Assembly: GCA_001430755.1 (NCBI GenBank)
Contig: CP013062.1
Location: 60,001 to 92,000, forward strand
Length of the DNA: 32,000 bases
Direction: 5' to 3'
DNA from: Candidatus Peribacter riflensis
Lineage (GTDB): Bacteria; Patescibacteriota; Gracilibacteria; Peribacterales; Peribacteraceae
In this document: in pieces, positions 20,348-28,062 of the stretch
How the letters are laid out: each line of letters begins with the position of its first letter
How positions within the stretch are numbered: the first letter of the stretch is position 1
Notes under the pieces: model-generated
The model's database searches: none
Told to the model about the DNA's origin: nothing
The model's input: only the letters and a program-made list of their open reading frames with translations
Made by a program: the position numbers and the translations under genes

Positions 20348-20443
20348 AAGGTGAAATTCTCCATATATCGGATAAGAAGTCAATTATATTGTGACGACGA
20401 ACTGGTACTGGCTTTACGAATTAACTCGGTTTACATTGCTATT

Positions 20444-20869
20444 ATGAAATATATCTGGGCGTCAATATTACTATTGTTACTGGTTGGAGGGGGGTTTGCT
20501 TTTTCAAGTTATTTAAGACTTGCCCATGAAGAGCAATTAGTTGCCACAGCTCAGTTAAGGAACAGAGACCGGAAGGAACATTTACGAACATTAGTATCTG
20601 CTATTAAGCAGTATATGAGTGATCACAACAAACAAGCGCCAGGAATTTTGGATAGTACTCAAAAAAATATTTGTAGAACTGACGTTAAGGTTGATTGCAC
20701 AGATTTAGTAGACCTTTCCAAGCTTACAGAAGAATATCTTGTTACTCTTCCAATTGATCCATTGGTTTCATCGGGCGCAAGTACAGGTTATGCAATTCAA
20801 ATAGATGGTAATATTATCACCGTCAAAGCCATATATGCGGAGGACGAAGATGTATCAATTTCTTTCTAA
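20444..20869 (+). CDS. membrane-anchored pilin/pseudopilin-like protein without a canonical prepilin cleavage motif
   Basis: 141 aa from ATG 20444. Anchor MKYIWASILLLLLVGGGFAFSSYL, then LRNRDRKEHLRTLVSAIKQYMSDHNKQAPG, which resembles the R(D/N)..R..DL..(I/L)..A(I/L)..Y..D helix of type IV pilin-like proteins. There is no G/FTLIE processing site. Confidence 0.5.
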   Translation: MKYIWASILLLLLVGGGFAFSSYLRLAHEEQLVATAQLRNRDRKEHLRTLVSAIKQYMSDHNKQAPGILDSTQKNICRTDVKVDCTDLVDLSKLTEEYLVTLPIDPLVSSGASTGYAIQIDGNIITVKAIYAEDEDVSISF

Positions 20870-20881
20870 TTATGGTATAAT

Positions 20882-22330
20882 TTGTTTGTGAAACTTATAC
20901 AAACAACAGCTATCTGGTTTCTTGATAAAGGCAAGAGTTATTTGGTGCTAATTCTCTGTGGGCTCATTGCTGGAGCAGCAACGATTTCTCTATTTGGATA
21001 TACAAGAGATCTGCTGCTTACGCGCCTAGAGGACAAACTTATTGCGATCAGTTCGACTGCTTCACTTTTATTTGATGAGAAAGAAATCGAGCAGTTGCAT
21101 GAATTGGGTGGAGAGAGTGTCAATACTGATTTGTATCGGAAGACAGTATTAACATTGCGGAAAATTAAACGAAGAAATTCGGACATCAGATATGTCTACA
21201 TTTTTCACAGGACAGATGATCCGAGCCTACTCAAATTTGTGGCTGATGCAGATATGATCGCTCTGAAGACAGAATTGAATTTCACCGGTGAATCACAAGA
21301 TGAGAGTGATTTTCCCGGTACCGATTACGATGTGACCGAATCTCCAGGATTGCTTAGTGGTAATGCGTTCATCGAACCTACGATTGATGATCTTTATCAG
21401 GATGACTGGGGTTACGTGTTTTCAAGTTATGCACCTATCCGAGATAACCAAGGGGTGCCTTCCGATTCAATTATTGGTATCGATGTTGATGTAACACAAT
21501 ATCTCAATAATGTCTTTGCCACGCTCATACCTTTTACTGCGTTTATTGTGGCGTTATTCATTCTACTTGGTCTTCTAACTTTCTTCCTCCTTAGGATATG
21601 GGGATCGCGTGTGGACCTCCTCAAAGACCTCGACCGCCAAAAAGACGAACTCATCAGTATCGTCAGTCACCAACTGGCAACACCGGTGACCTCGGTGAAG
21701 TGGTACCTCGAGATGCTGCTGGATGGAGATTCCGGTGAACTGAACGAGGAACAGAAGAAACAGCTCATGACCATGCAGGGGGTGACAGAGGACCTTGTGG
21801 ACCTGGTGGGTATGATTCTGGATGTTTCGCGCATTCAGCTGGGCCGCATGAAGGTGGATCGCGGGCCGTTGGATCTGGGCACCTTCTTTACCGAAGTGCT
21901 GGCCGTGATCGAGCCCAAGGCGACCATGAAGAAGCAGCAATTCATCAAGAATATCCCGGGCAAGCTGCCCGTGGCGTCGCTGGATAAGCGTCTGATGCGC
22001 ATGACGCTCGAGAACCTGCTCAGTAATGCCGTCAAATACACGCCGGAGGGCGGAAAGGTGGAGCTGAATGTCACGCTCACAGATCACACGCTCCGCTACG
22101 AGGTGAAGGATACGGGTTGCGGCATCCCCAAGGAGGATCAAGAGAAGATCTTCGGCAAGCTCTTCAGGGCCACCAACGTGCGCAATACGGAGGGCAATGG
22201 TCTCGGCCTCTTCGCCGCCAAGGGCGCCGCCGAGGCGCAGGGTGGCAAAGTGTGGTTCGAGAGCGAATCGGGTAAAGGCACCACGTTCACCGTGGAAGTG
22301 CCGCTTGAGGAGGTGAAGGAGCAGGAGTAA
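20882..22330 (+). CDS. sensor histidine kinase with a periplasmic domain homologous to the TrmB-fusion sensor domains
   Basis: Two TM segments flank a domain containing FDEKEIEQLH, IRYVYIF, FVADAD, DDWGY, APIRDNQG and GIDVDV. H-box ISIVSHQLATPVTSV. HATPase motifs NLLSNAVKYTP and GNGLGLFAAKGAAEAQGGKVWFESESGKGTTFTVEVP. Start is TTG 20882 or GTG 20888. TGgTATAAT at 20873-20881 ends immediately upstream of TTG 20882, so a leaderless GTG-20888 start is possible. Confidence 0.9.
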   Translation: MFVKLIQTTAIWFLDKGKSYLVLILCGLIAGAATISLFGYTRDLLLTRLEDKLIAISSTASLLFDEKEIEQLHELGGESVNTDLYRKTVLTLRKIKRRNSDIRYVYIFHRTDDPSLLKFVADADMIALKTELNFTGESQDESDFPGTDYDVTESPGLLSGNAFIEPTIDDLYQDDWGYVFSSYAPIRDNQGVPSDSIIGIDVDVTQYLNNVFATLIPFTAFIVALFILLGLLTFFLLRIWGSRVDLLKDLDRQKDELISIVSHQLATPVTSVKWYLEMLLDGDSGELNEEQKKQLMTMQGVTEDLVDLVGMILDVSRIQLGRMKVDRGPLDLGTFFTEVLAVIEPKATMKKQQFIKNIPGKLPVASLDKRLMRMTLENLLSNAVKYTPEGGKVELNVTLTDHTLRYEVKDTGCGIPKEDQEKIFGKLFRATNVRNTEGNGLGLFAAKGAAEAQGGKVWFESESGKGTTFTVEVPLEEVKEQE

Positions 22331-22412
22331 ATCAAGCGTGGCATGCTCCCGATCATTATTAATCTTCACGTGAATGGTTTCCATTTTTCTTGTCGTGGTA
22401 TCAGTTGATGCA

Positions 22413-22530
22413 ATGAAATTATTTGCGGCGAAGCGTTGGGTGGCTCTGACGGGCCCCAACGCTGGAGCCGCACCGCTCAAGGGAAAAGAGAGCTCATGAG
22501 AGAAAAACCGCAGGTTTGTCTCTCATGACT
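22413..22530 (-). repeat. two-hairpin structured element, copy 2 (begins 1 nt after the ABC ATPase stop codon; terminator-like)
   Basis: The minus strand reads tcatgagaga-c-aaacc-tgc-ggttt-t-tctctcatga, gctctcttttcccttgagcggt, gcggc-tcc-agcgttggg-gcccgtcagagcca-cccaacgct-tc-gccgc, aaataattt. In my hand alignment 90 of 104 columns are identical to copy 3. Confidence 0.7.
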
Positions 22531-23536
22531 ATGCCCGTGACTCCATCGCAAACGCCTTCTCGATCACCTCCGTCAGGTCCACTTCTTCCATACGCAGTTC
22601 CTCGATGGGGAAGCTTCTGAGCATCCACTGGGTGGCGGCAGAGAGCTCCTCACGCGGCACGGCGATGCGGTAGGTGCGGGGGTCCACCTGTTCCAGGTGC
22701 TTGTTCTTCACCATCTCTGCAATCTTTTCGGTCTGGCCCTTTTCGAGCTGATCTTTGTGGAAGCGGATGATGCCGCAGCGTTCCGGCTCCAGACGATTGA
22801 CGAGCGATTCGAAGGAACCGTCGAAGACCTTCTTGCCCCTGTTGAGGATGATCACGTTCTCGCACAGGTTCGCGATGTCGTGCACGTAGTGGGAGGTCAA
22901 GAGCACCGTCATCTTCTCTTTCGCCTGGTACGTGCCGAGGAACTCCCACAGGTGCACCTGTGAGATCACGTCTAAGCCGATGGTGGGCTCATCCAGAAAG
23001 AGCACTTTGGGCTTGTGCAGGAGCGAAGCAATGAGCTCACATTTCATGCGCTCGCCCAGCGAGAGCTGACGCACGGGGGTACCGAGCACGTGTTCGACCC
23101 TGAGGAGCTTTGTGAGCGTATCCAGCGTCTCATTCCATTGATTGCGCGGAATCTCGTACAGATCGCGGTGGAGCACGAAGGTATCGGTGGGCGGCAGATC
23201 CCAGATGAGCTGGCTCTTCTGACCCATCACAAAGCCGATCTGCTTCTTGAAGGCGCGCTTGCGCTCAAAAGGCGTGAAGCCCAGCACCTTGCAGGAGCCT
23301 GCGGTGGGGCTGAGGATGCCCGAGAGCATCTTGAGAGTGGTCGTCTTGCCGGCACCGTTGGGTCCCAGAAATCCCACAAAGCTTCCTTCCGGAATAGCAA
23401 AGCTGATGCCGTCTACGGCATGCGCATCACTCCACTCACGCCAGAGCACGCTCTTGATCGTCGGGAGGAGGCCCGGTTTCTTTTCGTAGTGCCGGAACGT
23501 GCGCTTGAGATTCTTGACGGTGATCGCATCGGCCAT
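22529..23536 (-). CDS. ABC transporter ATP-binding protein (ABC-2 type, uncharacterised-substrate subfamily)
   Basis: Walker A GPNGAGKTT, signature LSLGERMK, Walker B VLFLDEPTIGLD, H-loop TSHY. ATG 23536 (MADAITVKNLKRTF) preferred over the track start 23617. Confidence 0.92.
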   Translation of the reverse strand: MADAITVKNLKRTFRHYEKKPGLLPTIKSVLWREWSDAHAVDGISFAIPEGSFVGFLGPNGAGKTTTLKMLSGILSPTAGSCKVLGFTPFERKRAFKKQIGFVMGQKSQLIWDLPPTDTFVLHRDLYEIPRNQWNETLDTLTKLLRVEHVLGTPVRQLSLGERMKCELIASLLHKPKVLFLDEPTIGLDVISQVHLWEFLGTYQAKEKMTVLLTSHYVHDIANLCENVIILNRGKKVFDGSFESLVNRLEPERCGIIRFHKDQLEKGQTEKIAEMVKNKHLEQVDPRTYRIAVPREELSAATQWMLRSFPIEELRMEEVDLTEVIEKAFAMESRA

Positions 23537-23549
23537 AGGGCGGGGGACT

Positions 23550-24305
23550 TTAGGAAGAGGCGGAACCGTAGGAACGAAGAAGGACTTTGAGGAGGAGGAG
23601 GGCGAGGGCCCACACACAGGCGGAGATCAACAGAAGGACCAAAATCGACAGTCTGCCTGTGATCACTTCAAGGGCGAGAGAATACTGCAAAACACCGAAA
23701 GAAGCAAGCCATAACATAAAACTGCGACTTCGTCCAATAGGGATAGAACGGGCGTTTTCCATGTATTCCCACAGACCTTCATAGGGATCCCACCTGCCCC
23801 ACCGGATCGAGGGGATGCAGAAGAGGAGGACGAGGGCCATCTCGATGGTGCTGGCAACGAACGCGGTCAAAAAAGCCATGAACCAGAGTGAAACAGGGAA
23901 GGCCCAGAAGATGATGCCGCTCCCCACGACAACGTGCGGCCAGTACCACACGATGCCCAGCTCTTCCGTCACGAGGCGGAGCAGGAACGGAGGGGGCTGC
24001 AGGAGCCAGTGATCCAGATTCCCACGCCAGACAGCCTTGTTGAGCGAGATGATCACGCCAACAATGACTGATTCTGCGATGCCGGTGGCGACGAGTGCCA
24101 TTCCAAAATAACCAATGACCTCGTTGGCCGCGTACCCGAAGAAGTTCCCGCCGCTGACCGTGAAGGTGACGTAGAGGAAGACCGCCTGAATGCCGAGGGT
24201 GCACCAGATGGTCACGATCCAAACCAGCACATCGGCGCGATAGCGACTCCAGCGCAGGAAGTGGAGGTTGATGGCCCGTTGGTAAATGGAGAGGAGGTAC
24301 CGCAT
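23550..24305 (-). CDS. ABC-2 family transporter permease
   Basis: 252 aa from ATG 24305 (MRYLLSIYQRAINLHFLRWSRYRADVLVW), 6 hydrophobic segments. The stop lies 13 nt before the ATPase start. The track start 24506 overlaps the upstream permease. Confidence 0.8.
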   Translation of the reverse strand: MRYLLSIYQRAINLHFLRWSRYRADVLVWIVTIWCTLGIQAVFLYVTFTVSGGNFFGYAANEVIGYFGMALVATGIAESVIVGVIISLNKAVWRGNLDHWLLQPPPFLLRLVTEELGIVWYWPHVVVGSGIIFWAFPVSLWFMAFLTAFVASTIEMALVLLFCIPSIRWGRWDPYEGLWEYMENARSIPIGRSRSFMLWLASFGVLQYSLALEVITGRLSILVLLLISACVWALALLLLKVLLRSYGSASS

Positions 24306-24310
24306 ACTGA

Positions 24311-25108
24311 TCAGCCACCTACGGCGTCGTAGCGCCGTATGCCGGCGCGCCAGAGGAGGATGACTAAGCCAAAGAGAAGGATGCTCCACAGCGCCTGTCC
24401 GAGGAGCAGAGCAGAAAGCGCGGCAGACTGTGGATGCAGGATGGCATCCACCGGGCCGGAGATGCCAAACCTGAGCGGGAGCACGCGACTGATATGCTCG
24501 AGCCAAGCAGGGAGCAGATCCAAGGGGAGGAGCCGGCCCCCGAAGAACTCCAGGATGAGCATGACCAGAGCAAAAATGCTATCCGTTTTGATCACCCAGA
24601 AGGCACACATGCCGACTGCAGTACTGAGGAGGCTGAAGAGTACCAGTGAGAGGGGCATTACGATGATGGCATTGATGAGTGACGCGAATGAGAGCTCCGC
24701 AAAGACAGAGGGGAAGATCCACAAACACAGAAGCAGTGCGGTGAGCGCAGGGATCAGCAGGAGGACGATGCGCGAAAGAATGATACTCACTGTCGTTTCG
24801 AGAAACGTAAGTGGACGGATGAGCCACTGGTTCAACGTGCCCATGTGCACCATCGAGCTCATCTCGTAATGAAACTGGATATCGGTGAAGATCCCGATGA
24901 TGAACACAAGCAGGTAGTAGGCGATCATGTCATTCTCGGCCCATCCGCCGAGGGAATCTGCCTGTGCGTGATCAAAGATCGCTTTCCATGCGAGCAGAGG
25001 GATCGTGAGCGGCAGAATGCGTTCCAGAAAGAGCTGAAGCCAGAACTCCCGGTGCAGGAGTTTCTGCTGCAGGTGCACCGAAATCGTGGATGCAAGCACT
25101 CGAATCAC
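24311..25108 (-). CDS. ABC-2 family transporter permease (second subunit)
   Basis: 265 aa, GTG start, multi-TM. Paralogous layout to the downstream permease, 5-nt gap to the next gene. Confidence 0.8.
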   Translation of the reverse strand: MIRVLASTISVHLQQKLLHREFWLQLFLERILPLTIPLLAWKAIFDHAQADSLGGWAENDMIAYYLLVFIIGIFTDIQFHYEMSSMVHMGTLNQWLIRPLTFLETTVSIILSRIVLLLIPALTALLLCLWIFPSVFAELSFASLINAIIVMPLSLVLFSLLSTAVGMCAFWVIKTDSIFALVMLILEFFGGRLLPLDLLPAWLEHISRVLPLRFGISGPVDAILHPQSAALSALLLGQALWSILLFGLVILLWRAGIRRYDAVGG

Positions 25109-25289
25109 TGGATGACTATACCTTGTTTTTTCGCATGGTGAAGCTGTAGCGTGGCGGGAGTGGAAGGATAAATGCGTTTTTCACCAAGTATAGGAGGATT
25201 AAGATTCGCAGAAGCGCCATATTTTTTTATTGTGCTGAATACTCAAGGATGTAACGTTTTGCCTCGTTTCACTCTTTCCCATCATTGCA

Positions 25290-25721
25290 ATGCCACAGGT
25301 CTTTGTTCCAACCATGAAGGAATACAATTCCAGCGGTGCCTGGGGGATGCTGACTTCCATCGATGTTCACGGGTGCAATCCCGCAACCGTCCGCAGCGCA
25401 GAGGCCATCAAACTGTTTACGCAGCAGATGTGCGAGCTGATCGATATGAAGAGGTACGGCGAGACGCAGGTCGTCAACTTTGGCGATGATCCGCGGGTAC
25501 ACGGGTATTCCATGGTGCAGTTGATCGAAACATCGCTGGTGTCGGGCCACTTTGCCGAAGAGACGAATTCCGTCTTCCTCGATGTGTTCAGCTGCAAGTA
25601 CTACGATGCTGCCAAGGCCGCCGCGTTCGCTGCAAAGTTTTTCGGCGGTAAGGACTACAGCGCGACCACCCTGCTCCGCGGGAAATTCGAAAAGAGCTCC
25701 CTTCCCGATAAAAAGCAGTAG
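25290..25721 (+). CDS. S-adenosylmethionine-decarboxylase-fold (SpeH-like, pyruvoyl) protein, divergent paralogue 2
   Basis: AWGMLTSIDVHGCNP (N-terminal strand), HGYSMVQLIETSLVSGHFAEE (processing-site region) and VFLDVFSCKYYD (conserved Cys region). 143 aa, typical of the family. Confidence 0.72.
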   Translation: MPQVFVPTMKEYNSSGAWGMLTSIDVHGCNPATVRSAEAIKLFTQQMCELIDMKRYGETQVVNFGDDPRVHGYSMVQLIETSLVSGHFAEETNSVFLDVFSCKYYDAAKAAAFAAKFFGGKDYSATTLLRGKFEKSSLPDKKQ

Positions 25722-25750
25722 GCGCAGAAAATCCTCAGCATGGTGAAGGC

Positions 25751-26320
25751 CTAGTGGGCCTCTTCCATCAGGCGTGCAACGCTTTCTTCGAGCATCGTGA
25801 GGAGCAGACGGTAGGCATCGGCATGCCGGGTTTGCCGCGCCTCCTCGCGCGCAAAGAGCGGCAGGTAGAGCGTGGCGGTTTCGCTGAGCAGGGCTTCGCG
25901 GCGCGCGGGGGCGAGGTACTGCGACGTTTCGAGATTGTGCAGCCGGTCGGCCATCTTGATGAGGAGCACGTACGGCAGACGCCCGTTCACCTCGACGATC
26001 CGGGCGAGGTAGGACTCTTCGTGGGCGCGCTCACTGAGCCTCTTGGGCCGTTCTGCGCGCGTGAGGGCCTCGACGGCATCGGCGACATCCGCGCCGAAGG
26101 CGGCCCGGATCCCGGCGATCGTGGCCTGGCCATCCTCCGCCGCGTCATGGAGCAGCCCCGCCACGTATGCCTCGTGCGGCAGGTCGGTGCCGGCCGTGAG
26201 CAGAAACTGCAGCACGGCGAGCGGGTGCGAGACGAACACACGCCCATCCGCCCTCTTTTGCCCGTCGTGTGCGCGGCGGGCGAAGGCGATGGCATCCCGG
26301 AAGGCTAAGAAGCGTCCCAT
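25751..26320 (-). CDS. HD-domain (p)ppGpp-hydrolase-like protein (SpoT/RelA hydrolase domain only)
   Basis: FARRAHDGQKRADGRVFVSHPLAV and LLHDAAEDG (HDxxED) motifs. ATG 26320 (MGRFLAFRDAIAFA) preferred over the track start 26419. Confidence 0.8.
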   Translation of the reverse strand: MGRFLAFRDAIAFARRAHDGQKRADGRVFVSHPLAVLQFLLTAGTDLPHEAYVAGLLHDAAEDGQATIAGIRAAFGADVADAVEALTRAERPKRLSERAHEESYLARIVEVNGRLPYVLLIKMADRLHNLETSQYLAPARREALLSETATLYLPLFAREEARQTRHADAYRLLLTMLEESVARLMEEAH

Positions 26321-26554
26321 AGTGAGGGGTGCGGCGGGCGGGAGCGACGGAGCACCTGCGTCGATGAGGCAGGTGAGGACCGCGCAGGACCGGGGCCGCT
26401 GGTGGCAGGAGGTATCCAAGAGACAGTATGGAACGCGAGAGGGGCGTGCATACTAGCGGCTGAAAAAATGGAATCGAGCAATTTTGGTTTACGGGCTGTA
26501 CGTAATTGTATACGTGACCAAAAGGGCGTTCTGGTGGGTGGTGGAACGCAAGGG

Positions 26555-26676
26555 TTCATGAGAGACAAACCTACGGTTTTTCTCTCATGAGCTCTCTTTT
26601 CCCTTTAGCGGTGTCGCTCAGCTACGGGTCCCGTCAGAGCCACCCGCAGCTTCGCGACGATTATTGAAATAATTTG
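26555..26676 (+). repeat. two-hairpin structured element, copy 3 (orphan, inverted relative to copy 2)
   Basis: tcatgagaga-c-aaacc-tac-ggttt-t-tctctcatga (26556-26590), gctctcttttccctttagcggt, gtcgc-tc-agctacggg-tcccgtcagagcca-cccgcagct-tc-gcgac (26613-26658), then gattattg aaataattt. Confidence 0.7.
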
Positions 26677-26721
26677 TAAGAAGCAGAAATTTCCCCAATG
26701 CGATCTTTTTCCGTATCAATG

Positions 26722-27390
26722 TCACTTTAGCAGCGCGAATGACTTCGTGAACGCGTCGAAGTAGCGCAGGTTGCGATCGAAGCGGTCTGCGATCGCGCTA
26801 AATTCCAGCACGATGATGCGGTTGCCCGAGGGGATGCGGATCTGGCGGACTTTGCACGTCTTGCTCTGGCAGCGGTGTGTGAACGTACTCACGAGCGTTT
26901 CTTTCTTTTGCCAGGTGGAACCCTCGGATGACAGGGCTTCGGGCATCAGGAGAAAACGCCCTCCCTCGAATTCTTCCGCGTAGAATGGGGCGCGCGAGAA
27001 GTTCTCGAAATCCTGCCGCATGCGGTCCATTGTCGCGGCCTTGCCGAGAGGCGCGATGCCCACCGAGAGCGTCGTCCCCAGATAGGCGGGGCTTTCAAAA
27101 CGCGTCCAGTCGTATTGCTGCCGCGTAGTGCCTGTTTCTTTGTCTTCGTACGTGAGGCTCCAGTCTTCGGGATACTCTACGCTCCACCCTCCGAGCACAT
27201 CGCGGTACGCGCGTAGTGGAGTAGAAGGCAGGGTCGGAATCTTGATCCGCATGTCCTTGCGCGCTTTCGCCTGCGTGGCGCGGTAAGTTGGCCGCGACGA
27301 TGAGGCCTGCGGAAGGAACCGGGCGGATGCCATAACGGGGCAACCGAGGAGGAAGATGACGGAGAGGGCGAGAAAGGAGGAGGGACGCAT
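26722..27390 (-). CDS. putative lipoprotein, function unknown
   Basis: The signal peptide MRPSSFLALSVIFLLGCP carries a lipobox-like LLGC. The 222-aa mixed alpha/beta-looking mature part has no recognised motif. Confidence 0.65.
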   Translation of the reverse strand: MRPSSFLALSVIFLLGCPVMASARFLPQASSSRPTYRATQAKARKDMRIKIPTLPSTPLRAYRDVLGGWSVEYPEDWSLTYEDKETGTTRQQYDWTRFESPAYLGTTLSVGIAPLGKAATMDRMRQDFENFSRAPFYAEEFEGGRFLLMPEALSSEGSTWQKKETLVSTFTHRCQSKTCKVRQIRIPSGNRIIVLEFSAIADRFDRNLRYFDAFTKSFALLK

Positions 27391-27408
27391 GGGGGAGGGG
27401 GAATGGAG

Positions 27409-27957
27409 CTACGGGGCTGCCTTTCCGAAGGAGAAGGAGTTTCGTAATTCGGGGTACTTTTCCCAGGCTTCAAACTTCAGTGTGCATCCCGCACGGATAA
27501 CGGCGTTACGGATAGGGAGGCAATCCGCAGCGCTACGATTTCTGTGCGCCCGCAGCAAATCACACCAATCCAGGCGTAGAGGATCAGATTGCGGTTTACT
27601 GCACTCGTCCCATTCAAAGAATCCAGCATCCATGTGATCTTCGTATTCCTGCGCAGTGACGTCATTGATGCAGCTCAGGCCATACTCGCTCGGCATCAGC
27701 AGTGCGCAGGCGGAGGGATCATGAGAGAGTTCTGCATACTCTCGTATGCATCTATTCCTCAATTCTCGAGTCGTTGGCCTGAACCAAGGATCCAGTGTGA
27801 CAAAAAGATAACAATCTTTGGCAGGCCTGTTTTCATTCACCAGTTTCATTGGAAGCTCCTCCGGCGAGCGGGCATGTTCGTAATAGAATGTGTGTAATCC
27901 GACGAAACCAACTGCAATGAGGACGACAGTGATGATGAGGAGCCTGTGTCGATGCAT
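27409..27957 (-). CDS. membrane-anchored Cys-rich protein, paralogue P1 (DPSAC..LLMPS.YG.SC family)
   Basis: TM anchor LLIITVVLIAVGFVGL, 8 Cys, shared motif HDPSACALLMPSEYGLSCIND. ATG 27957 (GTG 27969 in the track). Confidence 0.7.
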   Translation of the reverse strand: MHRHRLLIITVVLIAVGFVGLHTFYYEHARSPEELPMKLVNENRPAKDCYLFVTLDPWFRPTTRELRNRCIREYAELSHDPSACALLMPSEYGLSCINDVTAQEYEDHMDAGFFEWDECSKPQSDPLRLDWCDLLRAHRNRSAADCLPIRNAVIRAGCTLKFEAWEKYPELRNSFSFGKAAP

Positions 27958-28062
27958 AAAATATGACACGAAAAGACGGATTAGTAATTGGTACTTGTGC
28001 TTTCTCCTTCCTCCAAAGGAATTTGATCATAGATATGCGTATGATGTGGGATGGTGCTATGA

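Noticed and set aside
22431-22465. GTTGGGT...CCCCAAC hairpin considered as an integron attC site
   Set aside because: An attC site needs RYYYAAC at the 5' side and GTTRRRY at the 3' side, which is the opposite order. Copy 3 has no GTT/AAC core at all, and no integrase is present.
21575-22480. 301-aa minus-strand ORF
   Set aside because: It is antisense to the kinase catalytic core, where the H-box and HATPase motifs are clear on the plus strand.
26402-26590. 62-aa plus-strand ORF running into hairpin 1 of element copy 3
   Set aside because: There is no RBS, the composition is poor, and it ends at the tga within the 3' arm of hairpin 1. The equivalent sequence in copy 2 is non-coding, lying downstream of a stop codon.
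22413-26676. Inverted repeats interpreted as terminal inverted repeats of an IS or composite transposon
   Set aside because: There is no transposase or recombinase gene inside and no target-site duplication at the outer flanks. A third, related copy sits alone after pilT. The stems covary, which fits a structural element better than transposon ends. The inversion/cassette idea is kept as a finding, but the IS call is dropped.
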